A DNA stretch of 64,000 nucleotides from an uncultured Gemmatimonadales bacterium (lineage in GTDB: Bacteria > Gemmatimonadota > Gemmatimonadetes > Gemmatimonadales > GWC2-71-9), in contig CAVZZO010000001.1 of assembly GCA_963779755.1 (NCBI GenBank), forward strand, positions 1,760,001 to 1,824,000, given 5' to 3'. Every line of letters begins with the position of its first letter. The first letter of the stretch is position 1. Under the pieces are notes generated by a model that was given only the letters and a program-made list of their open reading frames with translations, searched no databases and was not told the DNA's origin. The translations under genes were made by a program, and so were the position numbers. Shown in pieces: positions 8,847-20,424 of this stretch.

Positions 8847-10253
8847 ATGGCAAGGCTCGACCGCTTCATTCAGCTGTTGTGGGATCAGGAGGGAGACGCG
8901 CTGGAACTGGTGCCGGGGCAGCCGGTCCGGCTGCGCCGCCAGCAGGCGATCCGGCCGGTGACCCGGGACCCACTCAGCGCCGCCCAGATCCTGGGGCTGG
9001 CGCGGGAGATCAGTCCGCCGGCTCAGTCGGCCCAGCTGGGCGGCGCCGCCCCGGTGGAGTTCCGCTACGACGCGGCGGCCGGCCCGGTCCGGGTGGAGGT
9101 GCACGGCGGCGCCGAGCCCCGCATGCTGCTCTCCCGTGACGCGAACGGCGCGGGCCGCTCGCCCGCGGAGACCGGCCGGATGGAAGGCCTGCTGCGCCAG
9201 CTCGCGGCCTCCGGGGCGTCGGACCTGCACCTGCGCACCGGAGAGCCGCCCATCCTGCGGCGGGACGGCGCGCTGGAGTGGCTGGAGCAGCCGCCGGTCG
9301 GAGCGGACGAGCTCCGGGCCATGTTGCGCACGGTCATGTCTCCGGCGGATTTCCGCCGGCTGGAGGAAACCGGCGACGCCGACTGGGCCTATGAGCTGCC
9401 GGAGACGGCCCGGTTCCGGGGTAACGCAGGGATGGACCGGCGCGGTCCCATGGCGGTGGTGCGAATCATCCCCACCGCCATCCGCTCCGCCGACGAGCTG
9501 GGACTGAGTCCGGAAGTCCAGCGTCTCTGCCGGCTGAGCAAGGGGCTGGTGCTGGTGACCGGCCCCACCGGGTCGGGCAAGTCCACCACGCTGGCCGCCA
9601 TGGTCGACCTGGTCAACCGCACCCGCCGGGATCATCTCATCACCATCGAAGACCCCATCGAGTTCGTACACCAGAGCAAACAATGCCTGGTGACGCAGCG
9701 GCAGGTGGGGCTGCATACCGGCTCGTTCAAGCAGGCGTTGCGGGCCGCCCTGCGGGAAGATCCGGATATCGTCCTGGTGGGTGAGATGCGCGACCTGGAA
9801 ACCGTCTCCATCGCCATCGAAACGGCCGAGACGGGCCACCTGGTGTTCGGCACGCTGCACACCACGACCGCCGCCTCCACCATCGATCGCGTCATCGATC
9901 AGTTCCCGCCCGACCGGCAGGGGCAGGTCCGGGTGATGCTGTCGGAGTCGCTGCGGGGGGTCGTTGCCCAGGTGCTCTGTCCCCGGAAGGGTGGGGGCCG
10001 GGTGGCGGCGCGCGAGGTGCTGCTCAGCACGCCCGCCATCTCCAATCTGATCCGGGAGGGAAAGACCTTCCAGATCCCGTCCATCATGCAGACCAGCCGC
10101 CGGGCCGGCATGGTGACGCTCAACGAGGCGTTGCTGGAGCTGGTGGAGCGGGGCGAGGTCGAGCCGCGCGAGGCGTATCTCAAGTCGGCCGAGAAGGCCG
10201 GGCTGCTGGCCGCGCTGAAGGCGAAAGGGCACGAGATCGAAGGAGAACCGTGA
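8847..10253 (+). CDS. pilT: Type IV pilus retraction ATPase PilT/PilU family with an extra N-terminal domain
   Basis: SDLHL, GPTGSGKSTT, TIEDPIEF, ALREDPD, GEMRDLET, AETGHLVFGTLHT, AISNLIRE. Confidence 0.92.
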   Translation: MARLDRFIQLLWDQEGDALELVPGQPVRLRRQQAIRPVTRDPLSAAQILGLAREISPPAQSAQLGGAAPVEFRYDAAAGPVRVEVHGGAEPRMLLSRDANGAGRSPAETGRMEGLLRQLAASGASDLHLRTGEPPILRRDGALEWLEQPPVGADELRAMLRTVMSPADFRRLEETGDADWAYELPETARFRGNAGMDRRGPMAVVRIIPTAIRSADELGLSPEVQRLCRLSKGLVLVTGPTGSGKSTTLAAMVDLVNRTRRDHLITIEDPIEFVHQSKQCLVTQRQVGLHTGSFKQALRAALREDPDIVLVGEMRDLETVSIAIETAETGHLVFGTLHTTTAASTIDRVIDQFPPDRQGQVRVMLSESLRGVVAQVLCPRKGGGRVAAREVLLSTPAISNLIREGKTFQIPSIMQTSRRAGMVTLNEALLELVERGEVEPREAYLKSAEKAGLLAALKAKGHEIEGEP

Positions 10254-11008
10254 GCGCCCCGCTGCTGGTTCTGGTCTCTCCCCAGGATATCGTCAACATC
10301 GCCGCCGCGGTGCGCATCGCGAAGAATTTCGGCCTGGCCGACATCCGCCTGGTGCAGCCGGAGGTGTTCGATCCCTGGCGCATCGAAGGCATTGCCCACA
10401 ATACGGCCGATCTGGTAGAACGGATCCGGCTGTTCGACAGCCTGGAGGAGGCCATCGCCGATTGCGTCTTCGTGGCGGGGCTGACCGCCCGGGGACGCGC
10501 CGCCAAGCGCACGGTGCTCCAGCCGCGCGAGGCGGCGTCGGCGCTGGCGGAGCGGTGGGACCGGGGTCCGGTGGCCCTGGTGGCGGGGCGGGAAGACCGG
10601 GGGCTCACCAACGACGAACTGGATCGCTGCCACGCGCTGGTCACCATTCCCACCTCGCCCGACTATCGCTCGCTCAACCTGGCCCAGGCGGTGGCGGTGA
10701 TGAGCTACGAGACTTGGCTGGCGCGCTCGGGCGAGCATCCCCGGCCCAAGGCGCCGCGCCGGCCGGCGGGCCCGGCCCACGCGGAACAGCTTGCCTGGCT
10801 GTTCCGCGACTGGGAACGCGCGCTCTGGGCCATCGAGTTCTTCAAGACCCGGCAACCGGAGCAGGTGCTGCGCGGCTGGCGGGAGATTCTCTATCGGGCG
10901 GACCTCGATGCCCGCGAGGCGGCACTGGTGCGCGCCATGGGAATCGAGGTCCGGCGCTACCTCGAGCGGCAGGGGCTGACACCGCCCGCGCCGCCCGCCG
11001 ATTCCTGA
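10250..11008 (+). CDS. SPOUT RNA methyltransferase, TrmJ/LasT family
   Basis: NIAAAVRIAKNFG, GREDRGLTNDEL, SLNLAQAV. Confidence 0.9.
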   Translation: MSAPLLVLVSPQDIVNIAAAVRIAKNFGLADIRLVQPEVFDPWRIEGIAHNTADLVERIRLFDSLEEAIADCVFVAGLTARGRAAKRTVLQPREAASALAERWDRGPVALVAGREDRGLTNDELDRCHALVTIPTSPDYRSLNLAQAVAVMSYETWLARSGEHPRPKAPRRPAGPAHAEQLAWLFRDWERALWAIEFFKTRQPEQVLRGWREILYRADLDAREAALVRAMGIEVRRYLERQGLTPPAPPADS

Positions 11009-11093
11009 CAGCATGCTCCCTACCATCGAGGGGAGAGGCGCATTAATTTCCGCGCGCTAGCCGCTGTCTGCTGCTCTCGATTGAGGTCTCCGA

Positions 11094-11585
11094 GTGGGGC
11101 GATCCCGGGCGTACTGGAAATCGAATCTCTATCGCGAAGCGGACCCGGCGCCCGATCCGGCAGCGCCATTGCGAGATCTCCCGCCCAATGCCGCGCATCG
11201 TTTTCGTCGGTTGCGCCAGGGGCTGTTGAGCCTGCCGGAAATTCGGGAGCGGGTGCGCTTCATGGGCGAACCCTGGCGCTGGGCCTGGGAGTACGGCCGC
11301 GGCCCGCGCAAGCTCTGCTGGTTGCACATCATGGAAACCGGAGTCGCAGGAACCTTCACCGTCTCGCAGGCGGAGGAAGCGCAGTTGCGCTCCGGCTCCA
11401 AACCGGCTGCCGTCGTGCTCCGCGCGCTGGACGCGGGGCAGGCGACCGGACCGGTCCGCTGGTGCTGGGTGGAGTTTCCCGACATCCGTTCCGTCGAGGG
11501 TTTTCTCGGCTTCGTCCGCAGGAAGGCCGTCTGGCTCGCCAGTGCCCGGCCGAACCAGGTGACAGGCAAATCTCGCGCAGGCTGA
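11094..11585 (+). CDS. Hypothetical protein (weak DUF3788-like resemblance)
   Basis: Fills the gap with GC-typical codons, GAGG upstream; W.W.Y...RKLCWL pattern. Confidence 0.55.
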   Translation: MGRSRAYWKSNLYREADPAPDPAAPLRDLPPNAAHRFRRLRQGLLSLPEIRERVRFMGEPWRWAWEYGRGPRKLCWLHIMETGVAGTFTVSQAEEAQLRSGSKPAAVVLRALDAGQATGPVRWCWVEFPDIRSVEGFLGFVRRKAVWLASARPNQVTGKSRAG

Positions 11586-11638
11586 GCCGTCCCGGGGGCT
11601 GATTCCCCCCCCGAGGCAACCCGGAGGTACGGCACGAC

Positions 11639-11667
11639 TTGCATTCTTGTGATTGCTTTCACAAACT
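11639..11667 (+). promoter_or_regulatory. Putative actA promoter with an overlapping 18-bp palindromic operator (Rex- or CRP/FNR-type)
   Basis: TTGCAT-17-CAAACT; TTGTGATTGCTTTCACAA at 11647-11664 is one mismatch from TTGTGAA-N4-TTCACAA. Confidence 0.7.
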
Positions 11668-11744
11668 TCTGCCGCCCGGCCGGGGACATCCGGTCTGGCG
11701 GCCCGGCTGTGCACTCCCAACCTTCTGCCCGGTGACCCTCGCGT

Positions 11745-12338
11745 ATGCGTAAGGCAGTCTACGTCGGCGCTGGAACTGCAGTCCTGGCGCTGACCGGGGT
11801 GTTGTTGCTCCGGCAGGACACCAGCAAGGCGCAGACGCCGGCGCCGGCGCCCACCGCGCCGGCGGCGGCCGTGATCGCCGCCGGCGACACCGCCGGCCTG
11901 CCCGGCCCGCGCCAGCCGATCTTCTTCCGCCATGATGTTCACGCCGGGCAGTACCGGATCCAGTGCCAGTACTGCCACTACTCCGTGTCCCGCTCCAAGG
12001 AGCCGGGGATCCCCTCGATGGAAACCTGCTACGGCTGCCATCTGGTGATCGGCGGCACCGACAGCTCGTCCAAGGTAGAGATCGCCAAGGTGCGGAAGGC
12101 CTGGTCGGACAAGACGCCCATCCAGTGGGTGCGGGTGCATGCGCTGGCGCGCTTCGCCCACTTCCCGCACATGCTGCACATCAAGAAGCTGGGCCCCACC
12201 GCCTGCATGACCTGCCACGGCGAGGTCTACCGCATGCCGCAGGTCTACCGGGTGAACAACATCAGCAACATGGGGTTCTGCATCACCTGCCATATCCAGC
12301 GGGACGTGAACCGCGACTGTACCGCATGCCACTACTGA
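11745..12338 (+). CDS. actA: Alternative complex III pentaheme cytochrome c subunit
   Basis: N-terminal TM; five CxxCH motifs (CQYCH, CYGCH, CMTCH, CITCH, CTACH); QPIFFRH..H; operon context. Confidence 0.9.
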   Translation: MRKAVYVGAGTAVLALTGVLLLRQDTSKAQTPAPAPTAPAAAVIAAGDTAGLPGPRQPIFFRHDVHAGQYRIQCQYCHYSVSRSKEPGIPSMETCYGCHLVIGGTDSSSKVEIAKVRKAWSDKTPIQWVRVHALARFAHFPHMLHIKKLGPTACMTCHGEVYRMPQVYRVNNISNMGFCITCHIQRDVNRDCTACHY

Positions 12339-12371
12339 GCCGTTCTTCCCGCCGGCGCGCGAGGATTGCCG

Positions 12372-15300
12372 ATGTCTGACGACGTTCAGCCGGGTATCGA
12401 CCGGCGCCGATTCCTCACCGTTCTCGGGGTCACCGGGGCGGGGGCGGCGGCGGTCTCCGGATGCTCTACCCAGCGCATCGAAAAGCTGGTGCCCTATCTG
12501 GTCCAGAGCGAAGACCAGGTCCCGGGCATCCCCACCTGGTACGCCAGCACCTGCGGCGAGTGCAGCGCGGGCTGCGGGCTTCACGTCAAGACGCGCGAGG
12601 GCCGCGCCATCAAGCTGGAGGGGAACCCCGACCATCCGGTAAACGCCGGCACCCTGTGCTCCATGGGGCAGTCGTCCTTGCAGGCCCTGTACAACCCGGG
12701 CCGGCTGCGCGGGCCCATGGCGCGGAACGCCTCGGGCGGGTTCGATCCCGTCAGCTGGGACGACGCGCTGAAGCGGCTGAGCGCCGAAGTCGGCAAGGCG
12801 GGAGGGCGGGTCGCGCTGCTCACCGGCGCGGACGACGGCAGCTTCACCGACCTGGCGGGTGAGTGGACCCGGGCCCTGGGCGGGCGGCTGGTGCGCTACC
12901 AGCCCTTCGCGCACGAGCCGGTGCGGGCGGCCAACCGCCTCACCTTCGGCCTGGACGAGCTGCCGGCGCACGACTTCGCCCGGGCGAAGTACATCCTGTC
13001 GTTCGGCGCCGACTTCCTGGAGAGCTGGCTCTCGCCGGTGGAGAACCAGCGGGGCTACTCCTCGTCGCACGGCAGCGGTCTGGCGATCATGGCCAAGCAT
13101 GTGAGCTTCGATCCGCGGATGTCGCTCACCGGGCTCAATGCCGACGAGTTCTATCTCGTGAAGCCGGGCACCGAGGCCGCGGTGGTGCTGGCCATGGCCA
13201 ACGTCATCCTGAGCGAGCGGAGCGGCGCGCCGGCCGACGCCAACGGGCTGCGGAGCATGCTGGCGCAGCACACGCCGGAGCAGGCCCAGACCGAGACCGG
13301 CGTCAGTGCCGAAGTGATCAAGCGGGTGGCGCGGGAATTCGCCTCGGCCGAGCCGGGGCTGGCGGTGGCGGGCGGCATCGGCAGCCAGCATCGGGGGGCC
13401 ATCGAGCTGTGTGCCGCGGTGAACCTGCTCAACTACGTCGCCGGCAATGTGGGCCGCACGGTGCTGTTCGGCGCGCGGCTCGCCTCCAGCGACGGCTACG
13501 GCGCCATGACCGACCTCATGGCCGCGATGGACGCGGGGCAGGTGGGACTCCTGCTGGTGCACGAGTCCAACCCGGTCTACACCGTCCCCAACAGCGCCGC
13601 CCTGGGCGACAAACTCAAGAAGGTGCCGTTCAAGGTCTCCTTCTCGATGTTCCTGGACGAGACCAGCAAGCACTGCGATCTCCTGCTGCCCAACCACCAC
13701 TTCCTCGAGCGCTGGGGCGACCATCGCCCCCGGGCCGGCCTCTATGGCCTGATGCAGCCGGTGATGGAGCCGGTCTTCGGCCACAAACCCGACGAAGCGG
13801 GTACGAAGGATACCGGCGACGTGCTGCTCCAGGTGGCCAAACAGGCCGGCGGAGCGCTGAGCGGCCTCACCGCCCCGAGCTTCGAGGCCTGGCTCAGGCA
13901 GGCCTGGACGGCGCTGGCGAAGCAGCAGGGAGCCGCCGATGCCGAGGCCTTCTGGCGCGACGCGCTCCAGCGGGGCGGGCTCTTCCTGCCGCCGCCCGCG
14001 CCGCCCACCGTCCGGCTCGCGCCCGGCGCCTCGCAGGTGAGCTACACCGCGCCCGCCTTCGACGGTGACGGCGAGTTCGTGCTGGTGGCCTATCCCACGG
14101 TGCTGGGCGACGGGCGCGGGGCCAACCGGCCCTGGCTGCGCGAGCTGCCCGATCCGGTCACCCGCATCACCTGGCACTCCTGGGCGGAACTGCATCCCGA
14201 CACGGCCGCCCGCATGGATGTCCGGGCCGGGGAAATTCTGCGGATCACCTCGCCCCACGGTGTGATCGAGGCCCCGGCCTGGCTGCACCCGGGGCTCGAT
14301 CCCGGCGTGGTGGCGGTCCCGCTGGGCCTGGGCCACAGCGAATACGGCGAGTATGCCGCCGGGGTGGGGACCACGCCGCTCTTCCTGCTGGACGCGAAGG
14401 ACGGCCAGGGCTTTCTGCCCTACGTCTCCACCCGGGTGACGGTCGAGAAGACCGGCGGCTGGAAGGCGCTGGCCAGCACGGCGGGCAGCACCCGCCAGCT
14501 GGGCCGCGGGGTGGCCAGCGCGATGCCGGCCGACGCGGTGGGGAAGGGGCTCACGATCGATCAGTACCTGCGGGGCGAGGAATCGGTCCTCGCCGAGCGG
14601 GCGGCGGAGGTGCACACGCTGTACGGGGAGAACCCGGAACGCGAGATCCCCGCGCTGAAGGGCTTCGCCGAGAGCCAGCACGAGCATACCAAACACGGCG
14701 ACTATGCCCGGGCCAATCCCCAGTGGGGCATGGTCATCGACCTGGCGAAATGCACCGGCTGTTCCGCCTGCGTCACCGCCTGTTATGCCGAGAACAATCT
14801 GCCGACGGTGGGCGAGTCGGACGTGATCCGCGGGCGGGAGATGAGCTGGATGCGGATCGAGCGCTATTACGAGGGCGGGACCGGGGGCGAGCCATTCAGC
14901 ATGCGGGTCATTCCCATGCTGTGCCAGCAGTGCGGCAACGCGCCCTGCGAGCCGGTCTGCCCGGTCTATGCCGCCTACCACACGGCGGACGGGCTCAACG
15001 GCCAGGTGTACAACCGCTGCGTGGGTACCCGCTACTGCAGCAATAACTGTCCCTTCAAGGTGCGCTACTTCAACTGGTTCGCCTACGGGCTGCGCGCCTT
15101 CCCCGAGCCGCTCAACCTGCAGCTCAATCCCGACGTGACGGTGCGGCCGCGCGGCGTGATGGAAAAGTGCACCTTCTGCGTGCAGCGGATCCGCCATGCC
15201 CAGCACCAGGCCAAAATGGAAGACCGGGAGCTGCGCGACGGCGAGATCATCACCGCCTGCGCCCAGGCCTGCCCCTCGAACGCCATTGTCTTCGGCGACC

Positions 15301-15428
15301 GGATGGACCCGGACAGCCGGGTGAGCAAGGCGGCCCAGAGCCCGCGCGGGTATCACGTGCTGGAAGCGCTCAACGTACGGCCTTCGATTACGTACCTGGC
15401 GAAGGTCATCAAGCGGTCGGAGGCCTGA
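12372..15428 (+). CDS. actB: Alternative complex III subunit B (molybdopterin-oxidoreductase-like domain fused to a Fe-S ferredoxin domain)
   Basis: Tat motif DRRRFL and lipobox VSGC; CTGCSAC...C, CQQCGNAPCEPVCP, RCVGTRYCSNNCP, MEKCTFCVQR; GAGGA SD. Confidence 0.92.
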   Translation: MSDDVQPGIDRRRFLTVLGVTGAGAAAVSGCSTQRIEKLVPYLVQSEDQVPGIPTWYASTCGECSAGCGLHVKTREGRAIKLEGNPDHPVNAGTLCSMGQSSLQALYNPGRLRGPMARNASGGFDPVSWDDALKRLSAEVGKAGGRVALLTGADDGSFTDLAGEWTRALGGRLVRYQPFAHEPVRAANRLTFGLDELPAHDFARAKYILSFGADFLESWLSPVENQRGYSSSHGSGLAIMAKHVSFDPRMSLTGLNADEFYLVKPGTEAAVVLAMANVILSERSGAPADANGLRSMLAQHTPEQAQTETGVSAEVIKRVAREFASAEPGLAVAGGIGSQHRGAIELCAAVNLLNYVAGNVGRTVLFGARLASSDGYGAMTDLMAAMDAGQVGLLLVHESNPVYTVPNSAALGDKLKKVPFKVSFSMFLDETSKHCDLLLPNHHFLERWGDHRPRAGLYGLMQPVMEPVFGHKPDEAGTKDTGDVLLQVAKQAGGALSGLTAPSFEAWLRQAWTALAKQQGAADAEAFWRDALQRGGLFLPPPAPPTVRLAPGASQVSYTAPAFDGDGEFVLVAYPTVLGDGRGANRPWLRELPDPVTRITWHSWAELHPDTAARMDVRAGEILRITSPHGVIEAPAWLHPGLDPGVVAVPLGLGHSEYGEYAAGVGTTPLFLLDAKDGQGFLPYVSTRVTVEKTGGWKALASTAGSTRQLGRGVASAMPADAVGKGLTIDQYLRGEESVLAERAAEVHTLYGENPEREIPALKGFAESQHEHTKHGDYARANPQWGMVIDLAKCTGCSACVTACYAENNLPTVGESDVIRGREMSWMRIERYYEGGTGGEPFSMRVIPMLCQQCGNAPCEPVCPVYAAYHTADGLNGQVYNRCVGTRYCSNNCPFKVRYFNWFAYGLRAFPEPLNLQLNPDVTVRPRGVMEKCTFCVQRIRHAQHQAKMEDRELRDGEIITACAQACPSNAIVFGDRMDPDSRVSKAAQSPRGYHVLEALNVRPSITYLAKVIKRSEA

Positions 15429-15431
15429 TCG

Positions 15432-16783
<1,352 letters not shown>

Positions 16784-16784
<1 letters not shown>

Positions 16785-17296
16785 TGCCCAGACCAGTCTC
16801 CGGCGTCCTCGGTTCGTTCCGCCACATCGACGCCGCCACCGCCGCCATCCGGACCCTCCAGGGCCGGGGCCGGCGCGACTTCACGGTCTATTCCCCCGCG
16901 CCCAACCACGAGCTGGACGAGGCGCTGAAGCATCCGGTAAGCCCGGTCCGGGTCTTCACCCTGGTGGGCGGCATCACCGGCTGTCTGGCCGGCCTGGCGC
17001 TCACCTTCTGGACCTCGCTCGACTGGCCCCTGCTGGTGGGCGGCAAGCCGATCGCGACCATCCCGCCGTTCGTCGTCATTCTCTTCGAGCTGACGGTGCT
17101 GTGCGGCTCGCTGGTGACGGTGGCCTCCATCATCCTGCTCTCGGCCCTGAAGCCCACCCGGCGGCTCATGTTCGATCCCAGCTTCACCGACGACACCGTC
17201 GGCATCTTCGTGCCCTGCAAGCGCGAGGAGTTCCCCGCCATCGAGACCCTGCTGCGCGAGGCAGGCTCCACGGAGGTCCGGCATGAAGCGGCGTAA
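16784..17296 (+). CDS. actD: Alternative complex III subunit D (DUF3341)
   Basis: TGATG overlap with actC; YSPAP, DWPLLVGGKP, FELTVL. Confidence 0.9.
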
Positions 17297-17888
17297 CCTC
17301 CGGCTGCTGGCGGCGCTGGGCTGCGTGCTGGGACTGGGTGGTTGCCAGTGGTATTACAACACCCTGCCGTCACCCGACGACCTGATGCATGCCGTCCCCT
17401 GGTTCAACGCCATGATCACCAATCCGTCGGTGGCGCCCTACGAGCGGGCCGACGTGCCCCGCTATACCCCGGAGGGCACCGTGCCCGTTACCGGCGGCCA
17501 GAAGGACTGGGGCGCCGAATGGCGGGTGGGCACCACCACCACCGCCGACAAGCTGGTCAACCCCACCAACGGCGAGGCGACCGCCCGGGGCGACACCCTC
17601 TTTCACATCTTCTGCGCCACCTGCCACGGCAACGCCGGCGCGGGCGACGGGCCGGTAGGGAAGAAGATCTTCGCCCCGGCGCTGCTCACGCCCAGGGCGC
17701 GGGCCTATACCGACGGCTATCTGTACAGCATGATCCGCTACGGACGGGGCGTGATGCCCCGCTATGGTGACAAGGTGACCCTCCAGGCCGACCGCTGGGC
17801 GATCGTGAACTACGTCCGGAAGCTGCAGGCCGCCTCGCCGCCCCAGCCGGCGGCGCAGACGCAGCCGTCGGGAGGACAGCCGCGATGA
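17283..17888 (+). CDS. actE: Alternative complex III monoheme cytochrome c lipoprotein
   Basis: Lipobox LGGC; PEGTVP; CATCHG..G.GDG; distal Met in GRGVMP; DRWAIVNYVR. Confidence 0.9.
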   Translation: MKRRNLRLLAALGCVLGLGGCQWYYNTLPSPDDLMHAVPWFNAMITNPSVAPYERADVPRYTPEGTVPVTGGQKDWGAEWRVGTTTTADKLVNPTNGEATARGDTLFHIFCATCHGNAGAGDGPVGKKIFAPALLTPRARAYTDGYLYSMIRYGRGVMPRYGDKVTLQADRWAIVNYVRKLQAASPPQPAAQTQPSGGQPR

Positions 17889-19207
17889 GCCTGGCAAGCA
17901 TCCGGGAGCGCCTGCTGGCGCAGCCCGTGGGCGGGCGCTTCAACGCCGTGCTCTGGATCGGCATCGTGCTCTCCGTGGTCGGGGTGCCGCTCACGGTGAT
18001 CGAGCTGCTGGGCCCCAACGCCGACCGCGCCTGGCAGCTCTTCCACGTCAACTGGATCTACTTTACCGGGCTGGCTCTGGGGTCGGTGGCGGTGGTAGCC
18101 GTCCACAAGGTGGCCAACGCCAAGTGGTCCGGCTTCGTGCTCCGCTTCGCGGCGCCGCCGGTGTACTTCCTGCCCCTGTCGTTCATCGGCCTGCTGCTGA
18201 TCTTCGGCCCCGGGTATCACCATATCTATCCGGTGATGCACGATCTTTTCCCCGGCAAGGCGATCTGGCTTACCCGCTGGGTCATGTTCGTGCGGCTGGC
18301 GGTGACGCTGCTGGTGCTCTTCGTCCTGGCCTTCCTGCTGATCCGGACCGACCTGGTTCCCGATCTGCACGCCATCCGGTCCCGGGTGGACGAGGCCCGC
18401 CGGCGTCGCTGGGATAAACTCATCGGCAAGTACGACGGCTCCGAAGCGGCGGAACGGGAGAACTTCCGGCGAGTCCGCCGGTTCGCGCCCATCTTCCTGA
18501 TGTTCTACGCCTTCGTCATGACCCTGGTGGCGTTCGACGGCACCATGGCGCTGCAGCCCCACTGGTTCAGCAACCTGCTGGGCGGGTTCTACTTCATGGG
18601 GGCGTTCCTGGGCGCCAACATGATGCTGGCCATCATGCTGAATTACGGGCGCTACCAGCTCGGCATCCCCGATCTGGTGAGCCCCAAGCAGCGGCACGAT
18701 CAGGGCAAGCTCTGCTTCGGCTTCACCGTGTTCTGGGCTTACCTCATGTGGTCTCAGTTCATCGTGATCTGGTACGGCAACCTGCCGGAAGAGACCGGGT
18801 TCCTCTTCGCCCGGCTGTGGGGCCCCTGGATGCCGGTGGCGCGCGCGGTGTTCGCCGGCATCTTCGTGCTGCCGTTCTTCGGCCTGCTGGGGGTGGCGCC
18901 CAAGAAGTTCCCGCCCACCATGATGTTCTTTGCCTCCATCAGCCTGATCGCGCTGTGGCTGGAGCGTTACCTGCTCATCATGCCGTCGGTCACCCACGAA
19001 TCAGGCCCGATCCTCGGCCTGGCCGAGGCGGCGCCCACCCTGGCCTTCGCGGGCCTGTTCCTGCTCTGCTATGCCCTGTTCGCCCGGAGCTATCCCATGG
19101 TGAGTCCGCGCCTGGCGGAAATCACCGTGCGGCAGGAAATGGGGCACCACCTCGAAGCGTTCGAGCATACCGAAGGGCCGCAGGACTACATTCCCGAGGC
19201 GCGGTAG
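17885..19207 (+). CDS. actF: Alternative complex III membrane subunit F
   Basis: Multi-TM; D..MALQPHWFS, HDQGKL.FGF..FWAYLMWSQFIVIWYGNLPEET. Confidence 0.92.
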   Translation: MSLASIRERLLAQPVGGRFNAVLWIGIVLSVVGVPLTVIELLGPNADRAWQLFHVNWIYFTGLALGSVAVVAVHKVANAKWSGFVLRFAAPPVYFLPLSFIGLLLIFGPGYHHIYPVMHDLFPGKAIWLTRWVMFVRLAVTLLVLFVLAFLLIRTDLVPDLHAIRSRVDEARRRRWDKLIGKYDGSEAAERENFRRVRRFAPIFLMFYAFVMTLVAFDGTMALQPHWFSNLLGGFYFMGAFLGANMMLAIMLNYGRYQLGIPDLVSPKQRHDQGKLCFGFTVFWAYLMWSQFIVIWYGNLPEETGFLFARLWGPWMPVARAVFAGIFVLPFFGLLGVAPKKFPPTMMFFASISLIALWLERYLLIMPSVTHESGPILGLAEAAPTLAFAGLFLLCYALFARSYPMVSPRLAEITVRQEMGHHLEAFEHTEGPQDYIPEAR

Positions 19208-19214
19208 CAGCGGC

Positions 19215-19389
19215 ACGGGAATAAGACGGGAATAAGACGGGAATAAGACGGGAACAGGACGGGAACAGGACGGAAAGAGGGCGGAAAGACGACGGGAGGA
19301 ACACGGGATCCACTCCCGTCTTCCTCCCGTCTTCCTCCCGTCTTCCTCCCGTCTTATTCCCGTCCTATTCCCGTCCTATTCCCGTCGTC
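19215..19389. repeat. Long imperfect palindrome built from 11-mer tandem repeats (ACGGGAATAAG-type x~9, then the reverse complement x~7)
   Basis: Direct reading; fills the whole convergent actF/anti-sigma gap. Confidence 0.9.
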
Positions 19390-20424
19390 CTAACGATCCG
19401 GCATCGGCAGGGGCAGGCGGTTGAGCAGGGCGCGGAGTGAATCCACCGGTACCCGTCCGGTGACCGCCACCATGCGGTTGCCGTGCCGCATGGCCATGTA
19501 GGTGTCGGCTGCCGCGTCGGCCGGCGTCCGGCCCTGGCTGCTCAGCAGGTCGGTGACCCGGTCTGCCGGCCCCTCGATGGTGCGGATGAACTCGCCGCTG
19601 GCCAGCTGCTGGTCGACCGCGACGATCTTCTCGTGGGGTGAGAGCCGCTGGACCTTGACCTGGATGACGGGCAGCCCCTGCACCCGGGCCAGCGGCGCTC
19701 CGGATTCCTGCTCGGCCGCCGCGACCGAAAAGAGCAGCCAGAGGCCCGTGTCCTGGTCCTGGCCGGCGAGGCCGGCATCGCTGCCCTGTTGGGCCTGCGC
19801 TTCACCCGCTCCCGAATCGGGACGCGAGAGCGGCAGCGGCGCCACCGCAACCGTGGTTTCGATGCTGGCGGGACGCACGGGGAGATTGTCGCCCGAGGGG
19901 CGGGGCGTGGTGCGCGCCTGATGGCGGGGTGGCGGCGCCGGGGCCGGGGCCGGCTTCTCCTGCCGCGCCACCTGCCGGCTGGTGCTCGAGTCGGCCAGCC
20001 GAACCCGGGTGTTGGCCGTGTCGCCCCCCAGGCTGTCCTGGCCGGCGCCAACCGGCTGCAGGGTGGCGGCGACCCGGGAGGTCGCCGGCCCGGGGCCGGT
20101 CCCGGTATCATGCCAGGTGTGGGCGGTCCAGCCCAGCCCCAGAGCGACCAGGATGCTGGCGGCCCACCACCCCCAGCGGGGGCGGCGGCGCGCACCGGCG
20201 GCCGCCGCACGGCGGCGCAGCTCTTCGAAATCGGGCGGAAAGACCGCCGGCGGGGCCAGTTTGGCCAGCAGGGCGGTGGTGCGGTCGCGCAGGCCGGCGA
20301 TGGCATCCCGGAGGTCGCGGCAGTGGTCGCAGGAGGCGAGATGGCGCTCGATCTCCACGCACTGGGAACGGCTCAGTGCCTGGTCCAGATAGGCGTGCAG
20401 CTCTTCCTCAGGAATGTGCCGCAT
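19390..20424 (-). CDS. Zinc-binding anti-sigma factor (zf-HC2) with TM helix and periplasmic domain
   Basis: EELHAYLD..L...IERHLASCDHC (HxxxCxxC), WWAASILVALGLGW; overlaps the ECF sigma gene. Confidence 0.85.
   Translation of the reverse strand: MRHIPEEELHAYLDQALSRSQCVEIERHLASCDHCRDLRDAIAGLRDRTTALLAKLAPPAVFPPDFEELRRRAAAAGARRRPRWGWWAASILVALGLGWTAHTWHDTGTGPGPATSRVAATLQPVGAGQDSLGGDTANTRVRLADSSTSRQVARQEKPAPAPAPPPRHQARTTPRPSGDNLPVRPASIETTVAVAPLPLSRPDSGAGEAQAQQGSDAGLAGQDQDTGLWLLFSVAAAEQESGAPLARVQGLPVIQVKVQRLSPHEKIVAVDQQLASGEFIRTIEGPADRVTDLLSSQGRTPADAAADTYMAMRHGNRMVAVTGRVPVDSLRALLNRLPLPMPDR

Noticed and set aside
19215..19389. Possible CRISPR array
   Set aside because: 11-nt units with no unique spacers, inverted second half, no cas genes
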